Source: Phaeosaccion multiseriatum (lineage: Eukaryota > Protista > Ochrophyta, other classes). From it: a stretch of DNA of 64,000 nt. The position numbers and the translations under genes were made by a program. Of this stretch, positions 1 to 11,270 are shown in pieces; within the stretch, counting starts at the first letter, position 1; every line of letters begins with the position of its first letter. Location: NCBI GenBank assembly GCA_965112735.1, contig OZ218952.1, forward strand, positions 4,774,001 to 4,838,000, in the 5' to 3' direction. The notes below the pieces were generated by a model. That model saw nothing but the letters and a program-made list of their open reading frames with translations, did not search any database and was not told the DNA's origin.

Positions 1-3000
1 ACAGATGGGCCATTTCAACCCCACAGAACAGAGTGTACAATCCCACCGAGCACACCAGAGACGCCCGGTGGACTCATGACGACCATGGTGGGACCATTTC
101 AACCCCGCTGGCCCAGAGAAAGCACACTTCAACCCTCCCGTGTCGCGATCGGGCGCCAGATGACCCACCGGGGCTCACAGATGGGCCATTTCAACCCCAC
201 AGAACAGAGTGTACAACCACACCGAGCACACCAGAGACGCCCGGCAGACTCATGACGACCATGGTGGGACCATTTCAACCCCACTGGCCCAGAGAAAGCA
301 CTCTTCAACCCTCCCGTGTCGAAATCAGGCGCCAGATGACCCACCGGGGCTCACAGATGGGCCATTTCAACCCCACAGGACAGAGTGTACAATCACACCA
401 AGCACACCAGAGACGCAAGGCAGACTCATGACGACCATGGTGGGACCATTTCAACCCCGCTGGCCCAGAGAAAGCACACGTCAACCCTCCCGTGTCGAAA
501 TCTGGCGCCAGATGACCCACCGGGGCTCACAGATGGGCCATTTCAACCCCACAGAACAGAGTGTACAACCCCACCGAGCACACCAGAGACGCCCGGCGGA
601 CTCATGACGACCATGGTGGGACCACTTCACCACCAATGGCCCAGAGAAAGCACTCTTCAACCCTCCCGTGTCGAAATCTGGTGCCAGATGACCCACCGGG
701 GCTCACAGATGGGCCATTTCAACCCCACAGAACAGAGTGTACAACCACACCGAGCACACCAGAAACGCACGGCAGACTCATGACGATCATGGTGGGACAA
801 TTTCACCACCACTGGCCCAGAGAAAGCACAGTTCAACCCTCCCGTGTCGCGATCGGGCGCCAGATGACCCACCGGGGCTCACAGATGGGCCATTTCAACC
901 CCACAGAACAGAGTGTACAACCATACAGGGCACACCAGAGACGCACGGCAGACTCATGACGACCATGGTGGGACCATTTCACCACCACTGGCCCAGAGAA
1001 AGCACACTTCAACCCTCCCGTGTCGAAATCAGGCGCCAGATGACCCACCGGGGCTCACAGATGGGCCATTTCAACCCCATACAACAGAGTGTACAACCAC
1101 ACCGAGCACACCAGAGACGCACGGCAGACTCATGACGACCATGGTGGGACCATTTCAACCCCGCTGGCCCAAAGAAAGCACACTTCAACCCTCCCGTGTC
1201 GAAATCGGGCGCCAGATGACCCACCGGGGCTCACAGATGGGCCATTTCAACCCCACCGAACAGAGTGTACAACCACACCGAGCACACCAGAGACGCCCGG
1301 CGGTCTCATGACGACCATGGTGGGACCACTTCACCACCAATGGCCCAGAGAAAGCACTCTTCAACCCTCCCGTGTCGAAATCGGGCGCCAGATGACCCAC
1401 CGGGGCTCACAGACGGGCCATTTCAACCCCATAGAACAGAGTGTACAATCACACCGAGCACACCAGAGACGCCCGGCGGACTCATGACGACCATGGGGGG
1501 ACCATTTCAACCCCGCAGGCCCAGAGAAAGCACAGTTCAACCCTCCCGTGTCGAAATCAGGCGCCAGATGACCCACCGGGGCTCACAGATAGGCCATTTC
1601 AACCCCACAGAACAGAGTGTACAATCACACCGAGCACACCAGAGACGCCCGGCGGACTCATGACGACCATGGTGGGACCATTTCAACCCCGCTGGCCCAG
1701 AGAAAGCACACTTCAACCCTCCCGTGTCAAAATCAGGCGCCAAATGACCCACCGGGGCTCACAGATGGGCCATTTCAACCCCACAGAACTGAGTGTACAA
1801 TCACACCGAGCACACCAGAGAGGCCTGATAGACTTATGACGACCATGGTGGGACCATTTCAACCCCGCTGGCCCAAAGAAAGCCCTCTTCAACCCTCCCG
1901 TGTCGAAATCAGGCGCCAGATGACCCACCGGGCTCACAGATGTACCATTTCAACCCCATACAACAGAGTGTACAACCACACCGAGCACACCCGAGACGCC
2001 CGGCAGACTCATGACGACTATGGTGGGACCATTTTACCACCACTGGCCCGGACAAAGCGCACTTCAACCCTTCCGTGTCGCGATCGGGCGCCAGATGGCC
2101 CCCCGGGGCTCACAGATGGGCCATTTCAACCCCACAGAACAGAGTGTACAATCACACCGAGCACACCAGAGAGGCCTGATAGACTCATGACGATCATTGT
2201 GGGACCATTTCACCCCCACTGGCCCAGAGAAAGCACACTTCAACCCTCCCGTGTCGAAATCAGGCGCCAGATGACCCCCCGGGGCTCACAGATGGGCCAT
2301 TTCAACCCCACCGAACAGAGTGTACAACCACACCGAGCACACCAGAGACGCCCGGCGGACTCATGACGACCATGGTGGGACCATTTCAACCCCACTGGCT
2401 CAGAGAAAGCACTCTTCAACCCTCCCGTGTCGAAATCAGGCGCCAGATGACCCACCGGGGCTCACAGATGGGCCATTTCAACCCCACAGAACAGAGTGTA
2501 CAACCACACCGAGCACACCACAGAGGCCTGATAGACTCATGACGACTATGGGGGGACCATTTTAACCCCGCTGGCCCAGAGAAAGCACAGTTCAACCCTC
2601 CCGTGTCGAAATCAGGCGCCAAATGACCCACCGGGGCTCACAGATGGGCCATTTCAACCCCACAGAACAGAGTGTACAATCACACTGAGCACACCAGAGA
2701 CGCACGGCAGACTCATGACGATCATGGTGGGACCATTTCAACCCCACCGACCCAGAGAAAGCACACTTCAACCCTCCCGTGTCGAAATCAGGCGCCAGAT
2801 GACCCACCGGGGCTCACAGATGGGCCATTTCAACCCCACAGAACGGAGTGTACAACCGCACCGAGCACACCAGAGACGCACCGCAGACTCATGACGCCCA
2901 TGGTGGGACCATTTCAACCTTGCTGGCCCAGAGAAAGCACACTTCAACCCTCCCGTGTCGAAATCAGGCGCCAGATGGCCCCCCGGGGCTCACAGACGGG

Positions 3001-6000
3001 CCATTTCAACCCCACCGAACAGAGTGTACAACCACACCGAGCACACCAGAGACGCCCGGCGGCCTCATGACGACCATGGTGGGACCATTTCACCCCCACT
3101 GGCCCAGAGAAAGCACACTTCAACCCTCCCGTGTCGAAATCAGGCGCCAGATGACCCCCCGGGGCTCACAGATGGGCCATTTCAACCCCACAGAACAGAG
3201 TGTACAATCACACCGAGCACACCAGAAACGCCCGGCAGACTCATGACGACCATGGTGGGACCATTTCAACCCCACCGACCCAGAGAAAGCACACTTCAAC
3301 CCCCCCGTGTCCAAAATCACTAGGCGCCAGAAGACCCACCGGGGCTCACAGATGGGCCATTTCAACCCCATAGAACAGAGTGTACAACCACACCGAGCAC
3401 ACTAGAGACGCACGGCGGACCCATGACGAGCGTGGTGGGACTATTTCACCACCACTGGCCCAGAGAAAGCACAGTTCAACCCTCCCGTGTCGAAATCGGG
3501 CGCCAGATGACCCACCGGGGCTCACAGATGTACCATTTCAACCCCATACAACAGAGTGTACAACCACACCGAGCACACCCGAGACGCCCGCCAAACTCAT
3601 GACGACCATGGTGGGACCATTTTACCACCACTGGCCCGGACAAAGCGCACTTCAACCCTCCCGTGTCGCGATCGGGCGCCAGATGGCCCCCCGGGGCTCA
3701 CAGATGGGCCATTTCAACCCCACAGAACAGAGTGTACAACCACACCGAGCACTCCAGAGACGCACGGTAGACTCATGATGACCATGGTGGGACCATTTCA
3801 ACCCCACTGGCCCAGAGAAAGCACCATTCAACCCTCCCGTGTCGCGATCGGGCGCCAGATGGCCCACCGGGGCTCACAGATGGGCCATTTCAACCCCACA
3901 GAACAGAGTGTACAATCACACCGAGCACACCAGAAACGCACGGCAGACTCATGACGACCATGGTGGGACCATTTCAACCCCGCTGGCCCAGAGAAAGCAC
4001 ACTTCAACCCTCCCGTGTCGAAATCAGGCGCCAGATGACCCACCGGGGCTCACAGATGGGCCATTTCAACCCCACCGAACAGAGTGTACAACCACACCGA
4101 GCACACCAGAGACGCACGGCTGACCCATGACGACCATGGTGGGACCATTTCAACCCCGCTGGCCCAGAGAAAGCACACTTCAACCCTCCCGTGTCGAAAT
4201 CAGGCGCCAGATGACCCACCGGGGCTCACAGATGGGCCATTTCAACCCCACAGAACAGAGTGTACAACCACACCGAGCACACCAGAGACGCACCGCAGAC
4301 TCATGACGCCCATGGTGGGACCATTTCAACCCCGCTGGCCCAGAGAAAGCACACTTCAACCCTCCCGTGTCGAAATCAGGCGCCAGATGGCCAACCGGGG
4401 CTCACAGATGGGCCATTTCAACCCCACCGAACAGAGTGTACAACCACACCGAGCACACCAGAGACGCACGGCGGCCTCATGACGACCATGGTGGGACCAT
4501 TTCACCCCCACTGGCCCAGAGAAAGCACAGTTCAACCCTCCCGTGTCGAAATCAGTAGGCGCCAGATGACCCACCGGGGCTCACAGATGGGCCATTTCAA
4601 CCCCACAGAACAGAGTGTACAACCACACCGAGCACACCAGAGGGGCCCGGCGGACTCATGACGATCATGGTGGGACCATTTCACCCCCACTGGCCCAGAG
4701 AAAGCACACTTCAACCCTCCCGTGTCGAAATCAGGCGCCAGATGACCCACCGGGGCTCACAGATGGGCCATTTCAACCCCATAGAACAGAGTGTACAACC
4801 ACACCGAGCACACCAGAAACGCCCGGCGGACTCATGACGACCATGGTGGGACCATTTCACCCCCGCCGGCCCAGAGAAAGCCCAGTTCAACCCTCCCGTG
4901 TCGAAATCGGGTGCCAGATGACCCACCGGGGCTCACAGATGGGTTATTTCAACCCCACAGAACAGAGTGTACAACCACACCGGGCACACCAGAGACGCAC
5001 GGGAGACTCATGACGACCATGGTGGGACCATTTCACCCCCACTGGCCCAGAGAAAGCACAGTTCAACCCTCCCGTGTCGAAATCGGGCGCCAGATGACCC
5101 ACCGGGGCTCACAGATGGGCCATTTCAACCCCACAGAACAGAGTGTACAACCACACCGGGCACACCAGAGACACACGGCAGACTCATGCCGACCATGGTG
5201 GGACCATTTCACCCCCACTGGCCCAGAGAAAGCACACTTCAACCCTCCCGTGTCGAAATCAGGCGCCAGATGACCCCCGGGGGCTCACAGATGGGCCATT
5301 TCAACCCCACAGAACAGAGTGTACAACCACTCCGAGCACACCAGAGACGCCCGGCAGACTCATGACGACCATGGTGGGACCATTTCAACACCACTGGCCC
5401 AGAGAAAGCACAGTTCAACCCTCCCGTGTCGAAATCAGGCGCCAGATGACCCACCGGGGCTCACAGATGGGCCATTTCAACCCCACAGAACAGAGTGTAC
5501 AACCACACCGAGCACACCAGAGACGCCCGGCGGACTCATGACGATCATGGTGGGACCATTTCAACCCCGCTGGCCCAGAGAAAGCACACTTCAACCCTCC
5601 CGTGTCGAAATCAGGCGCCAGATGACCCACCGGGGCTCACAGATGGGCCATTTCAACCCCACCGAACAGAGTGTACAACCACACCGAGCACACCAGAGAC
5701 GCACGGCTGACCCATGACGACCATGGTGGGACCATTTCAACCCCGCTGGCCCAGAGAAAGCACACTTCAACCCTCCCGTGTCAAAATCAGGCGCCAAATG
5801 ACCCACCGGGGCTCACAGATGGGCCATTTCAACCCCACAGAACTGAGTGTACAATCACACCGAGCACACCAGAGAGGCCTGATAGACTCATGACGACCAT
5901 GGTGGGACCATTTCAACCCCGCTGGCCCAAAGAAAGCCCTCTTCAACCCTCCCGTGTCGAAATCAGGCGCCAGATGACCCACCGGGCTCACAGATGTACC

Positions 6001-6824
6001 ATTTCAACCCCATACAACAGAGTGTACAACCACACCGAGCACACCCGAGACGCCCGGCAGACTCATGACGACTATGGTGGGACCATTTTACCACCACTGG
6101 CCCGGACAAAGCGCACTTCAACCCTTCCGTGTCGCGATCGGGCGCCAGATGGCCCCCCGGGGCTCACAGATGGGCCATTTCAACCCCACAGAACAGAGTG
6201 TACAATCACACCGAGCACACCAGAGAGGCCTGATAGACTCATGACGATCATTGTGGGACCATTTCACCCCCGCCGGCCCAGAGAAAGCCCAGTTCAACCC
6301 TCCCGTGTCGAAATCGGGCGCCAGATGACCCACCGGGGCTCACAGATGGGCCATTTCAACCCCACAGAACAGAGTGTACAATCACACCGAGCACGCCAGA
6401 GACGCACGGGAGACTCATTACGACCATGGTGTGACCATTTCACCCCCACTGGCCCAGAGAAAGCCCTCTTCAACCCTCCCGTGTCGAAATCAGGCGCCAG
6501 ATGACCCCCCGAGGCTCACAGATGGGCCATTTCAACCCCACAGAACAGAGTGTACAACCACACCGAGCACACCAGAGACGCCCGGCAGACTCATGACGAC
6601 CATGGGGGGACCATTTCAACCACACCGGCCCAGAGAAAGCACACTTCAACCCTCCCGTGTCGAAATCAGGCGCCAGATGACCCACCGGGGCTCACAGATG
6701 GGCCATTTCAACCCCACAGAACAGAGTGTACAACCACACCGAGCACACCAGAGACGCACGGCAGACTCATGCCGACCATGGCGGAACCATTTCAACCCCA
6801 CCGGCCCAGAGAAAGCACAGTTCA
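1..6824. repeat. 176-bp tandem satellite array, block 1 (about 39 monomers; begins before the window)
   Basis: Consensus ACAGATGGGCCATTTCAACCCCACAGAACAGAGTGTACAACCACACCGAGCACACCAGAGACGCCCGGCAGACTCATGACGACCATGGTGGGACCATTTCAACCCCGCTGGCCCAGAGAAAGCACACTTCAACCCTCCCGTGTCGAAATCAGGCGCCAGATGACCCACCGGGGCTC. ORF-track starts recur every 176 bp (33, 209, 385, 561...). Confidence 0.98.
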
Positions 6825-7661
6825 TTGTGTATTTACCCATATAAACTCTTCTCTAAGCTACGACTCTTTGCTGTGCCCCGCATGCCCCACCCAGGAAGCC
6901 CTCGGCCTCCACCCATCGGGATTGCACTTCTCCCCCCTCCAAATGAGCTGACCTTCCCTCTCTCACCCCCCCCCCTCAAGCTATACACTTCATCCGTTGG
7001 TCCGTAAGCTACACACGTGACTCCCCTCGCCCCCGGACCCCCTACCTCCTGCCTGTACTCCGACTCCTCTCTGCGACAGAGCATCGCAATCACTTCACCG
7101 CTCTTACACCAAGCCAGTGTGCCATGGGCTGTCTCTCTCTCGCATCGCATCCTGATGTACAGGCTCACTCGCATGAACTGCATGACTGGTGTAAGCGAGC
7201 AAGCTGGAGTGGTACTCTTTCGTTACCAAAGTCGTCGCTGCCCCCACCAGCCCCCACCTCGCACATCCCTCCTACTCGCTCAGCCCATCTCCTCTGCCAT
7301 GCTCTCCCACGTCTCGCTCCCGACACTCCAGGGCCTCTCCAGCGGCAGGATTCCGCTCTCCTTGCCGAAGGTCGGATCCGTCCTTCGCATGAGGTCCAGC
7401 GCGGTTTGGGACCGGAAGAAGGCTGCTGCCGCCTCCATAAGTCGCTGCTCGATGTCCCGGCCGAGCTGACACCGCCGCGCCCCAGCCAAGGCCTTGTCCA
7501 CCGAAGCAGCGGCCGAGAGAAGCTGCCGCGCAGTCCCGTGGTGGTCTCTGAATATGGCAGCAAGGAGAGGATTGACACCGTCTGATGCCGTGATATCGAT
7601 GGGGGATCCCGCAGAGATGAGACAAGCGACGACGGCCTCGTGTCCATTCTGCGCTGCAATG
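6825..7661. other. Unique 837-bp insert within the satellite, flanked by a 39-bp direct duplication
   Basis: ACCATTTCAACCCCACCGGCCCAGAGAA(A/C)GCACAGTTCA occurs at 6786-6824 and 7662-7700 (1 mismatch) on either side of non-satellite sequence. Confidence 0.85.
7490..7661 (-). pseudogene. 5'-truncated ankyrin-repeat gene fragment
   Basis: Translation IAAQNGHEAVVACLISAGSPIDITASDGVNPLLAAIFRDHHGTARQLLSAAASVDKA matches about two ankyrin repeats. It starts mid-repeat at the satellite junction, and the ORF-track ATG comes from satellite sequence. Confidence 0.8.
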
Positions 7662-7759
7662 ACCATTTCAACCCCACCGGCCCAGAGAACGCACAGTTCA
7701 ACCCTCCCGGGTAGAAATCAGGCGCCAGATGACCTACCGGGGCCCACAGATGGGCCATT

Positions 7760-8111
7760 CAGTCAGAGAGGAGGACGAGTCTTTGTGCGCGCGACACCGC
7801 CCCCCTGGCGGTCCCGCACACACTTCAACCCCTCCCATCTGTCTCCCCGCGGTAGATACCAATGGTTACCCGTCCAATATCTCCCCACTGAGTACACCAT
7901 TCCCCCGGGCCGGGTGAATGCCGCGTTAGCTGCTTTCAGGGCAGCGACTCCTACTCCTCTCCTGCCGATCCTCCTCCGTAACCTATCCCCACCACACCAC
8001 ACCACAAGCACACGAGATATACTCCTGCGCCCCACACCTCTAGTTTCTGACCATCGTCCCTCCCTTGCCAGTCCGCGAAAAAACGTTTTCCCGAGGGGCA
8101 GCGAGAAACAT
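7760..8111. other. Second unique insert (about 350 bp) within the satellite
   Basis: Non-satellite sequence between GGGCCATT (ends 7759) and CCATTTCAACCCC (starts 8112). Contains an internal satellite-like motif GCACACACTTCAACCCCTCCC at 7816-7836. Confidence 0.75.
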
Positions 8112-10170
8112 CCATTTCAACCCCACAGAACAGAGTGTACAATCACACCGAGCACACCAGAGACGCACGGATGACTCATGACGACCATGGTGGGACCATT
8201 TCACCCCCACTGGCCCAGAGAAAGCACACTTCAACCCTCCCGTGTCGAAATCAGGCGCCAGATGACCCACCGGGGCTCACAGATGGGCCATTTCAACCCC
8301 ACAGAACGGAGTGTACAACCACACAGGGCACACCAGAGACGCCCGGCAGACTCATGACGACCATGGTGGGACCATTTCGGCCCCACTGGCCCAGAGAAAG
8401 CACTCTTCAACCCTCCCGTGTCGAAATCAGTAGGCGCCAGATGACCCACCGGGGCTCACAGATGGGCCATTTCAACCCCACAGAACAGAGTGTACAACCA
8501 CACCGACCACACCAGAGACGCCCGGAAGACTCATGACGATCATGGTGAGACAATTTCAGCCCCACCGGCCCAGAGAAAGCACAGTTCAACCCTCCCGGGT
8601 CCGGGGCCCACAGAGGGTGGCCATTTCAACCCCACAGAACGGAGTGCACAACCGCACCGGGCACACCAGAGACGCACGGCAGACTCATGACGACCATGGC
8701 GGGACCATTTCAACCCCGCTGGCCCAGAGAAAGCACACTTCAACCCTCCCGTGTCGAAATCTGGCGCCAGATGACCCACCGGGGCTCACAGATGGGCCAT
8801 TTCAACCCCACCGAACAGAGTGTACAACCACACCGAGCACACCAGAGACGCCCGGCGGACTCATGACGACCATGGTGGGACCACTTCACCACCAATGGCC
8901 CAGAGAAAGCACTTTTCAACCCTCCCGTGTCGAAATCAGGCGCCAGATGACCCACCGGGGCTCACAGATGGGCCATTTCAACCCCACAGAACAGAGTGTA
9001 CAACCACACCGAGCACACCAGAGACGCCCGGCGGACTCATGACGACCATGGTGGGACCATTTCAACCCCGCTGGCCCAGAGAAAGCGCACTTCAACCCTC
9101 CCGTGTCGAAATCAGGCGCCAAATGACCCACCGGGGCTCACAGATGGGCCATTTCAACCCCATAGAACAGAGTGTACAACCACTCCGAGCACACCAGAGA
9201 CGCACGGCAGACTCATGACGACCATGGTGGGACCATTTCAACCCCGCTGGCCCAGAGAAAGCACAGTTCAACCCTCCCGTGTCGAAATCTGGCGCCAGAT
9301 GACCCACCGGGGCTCACAGATGGGCCATTTCAACCCCATAGAACAGAGTGTACAACCACACCGAGCACACCAGAGACGCACGGCGGACCCATGACGACCA
9401 TGGTGGGACCATTTCACCACCACCGGACCAGAGAAAGCACACTTCAACCCTCCCGTGTCCAAATCGGGCGCCAGATGACCCCCCGGGGCTCACAGATGGG
9501 CCATTTCAACCCCATAGAACAGAGTGTACAACCACACCGAGCACACCAGAGACGCCCGGCAGACTCATGCCGACCATGGTGGGACCATTTTAACCCCACT
9601 GGCCCAGAGAAAGCACACTTCAACCCTCCCATATCGAAATCAGGCGCCAGATGACCCACCGGGGCTCACAGATGGGCCATTTCAACCCCACAGAACAGAG
9701 TGTACAACCACACCGAGCACACCAGAGACGCCCGGCGGACTCATGACGACCATGGTGGGACCATTTCAACCCCGCTGGCCCAGAGAAAGCACAGTTCAAT
9801 CCTCCCGTGTCGAAATCAGGCGCCAGATGACCCACCGGGGCTCACAGATGGGCCATTTCAACCCCACAGAACAGAGTGTACAACCACACCGAGCACCCCA
9901 AAGACGCCCGGCAGACTCATGCCGACCGTGGTGGGGCCATTTCAACCCCACCGGCCCAGAGAATGTACAGTTCAACCCTCCCGTGTCGAAATCAGGCGCC
10001 AGATGACCCACTGGGGCCCACAGATGGGCCATTTCAACCACACAGAACAGAGTGTACAACCGCACCGGGTGCACTAGAGACGCAGACTCATGACGACCAT
10101 GGTGGGACCCACCGGCCCAGAGAAAGCACAGTTCAACCCTCCCGCGTCGAAATCAGGCGCCAGATGGCCC
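8112..10170. repeat. 176-bp tandem satellite array, block 2 (about 12 monomers, degenerating at the right edge)
   Basis: Same monomer. Internal deletions near 8590-8620 and 10080-10115. Confidence 0.97.
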
Positions 10171-10749
10171 ACACGCAGGCACCCGCTCCAAACCCCTTGC
10201 ACCCATCCAGACAGACTCGTGTGCCGTACTCGCCCGCTCAAGCAGCGCCGCAGACTCGACCCGCTGTGGAACGGGCGCTCCTGCGTGCTGCTGCGCCGTC
10301 AGCGACTCTGCAGGCGGCGAAAGGGCTGCCTCCTCGCGCACAACCGCCACAACTGCCTCGACAGCACGGCACGGCTGCTGCGCCTGCTGCTCCGCCGTCT
10401 GCTGTACAGCAGGACGCTGCGGCTGCTCCTGCTGCTCCTTGTGCTGCTGCCGTGGCAGTGACGGCGGCTCCACCGCTGAAGGCAGTAGTGTTGCCTCCTT
10501 GTGCACAGCCTCCTCTCCTCTACTACCACATGACACTGCTGCTGCTCCTGCTGTTGCTGCTGCTGCTTCTCCGGCGGCGGCAGCTGCTCGGCCGCGGAAG
10601 GCGCTAGCGCAGCCTCCTTGTGCGCACCCTCCACGACTACCTCGACAGCACGGCACTGCTGCTGCGCCTGCTGCTGCGCCGCCGCCATCTCCGTGTGCGC
10701 ACCCGCAACAACTGCATGCTCCTGACGCAGAGGCTGCTGCAGCTCTGCA

Positions 10750-10784
<35 letters not shown>

Positions 10785-11105
10785 CATTACTGGTGCGACA
10801 GCTCGATCGCAGCGCCGTGCTGCTGTGCTTCGACCCAACACTGAGCGTGGCACCGCGCCGCCCTCAATACTCTGTTGCTGCTGCGGCTCTGCACTCTGCT
10901 GCTGCTGCCGCCGTCGCCGAGCAAGTCTTCTACCACTCCAAGGAACTCTGGTGGCAGGTGACTCCTGCTCTACACGAGCTCTACACTGCTAGCAAGCCAG
11001 CTGTGATCGAGACGTGGAGACATAACACGTGCAGCTTAGGCGTTTTCGATGATATATCGACGAGGTGCAGGACACGATAAAGTAACAAAGAAAGTTGGGT
11101 CCATC

Positions 11106-11228
11106 ATGTCGGAGGACGACAGGAGTCCCTACGCCTATGTGCGACCTAGCACCTGCTTTCGCAATACGTGAGTAACTTATCCTTTGCTCCCTTCTCTTTT
11201 TTATTCCTTCCCTCATCTCCCCCCCCCT

Positions 11229-11270
<42 letters not shown>

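Noticed and set aside
1-176. Satellite-encoded hammerhead ribozyme (CTCATGA / CAGATGA and CGAAA)
   Set aside because: Neither strand has an intact CUGANGA core with helices II and III and a UH site in the required order.
1-10170. Dozens of 132-aa and 71-aa ORFs in the satellite
   Set aside because: Artefacts of a 176-bp unit (not a multiple of 3) cycling through frames. Plus-strand starts are GTG, stops recur at fixed positions, and indels are tolerated.
1-10170. CRISPR array
   Set aside because: Sequences between the CCATTTCAACCCC motifs are near-identical rather than unique spacers. No cas genes, and the context is eukaryotic.
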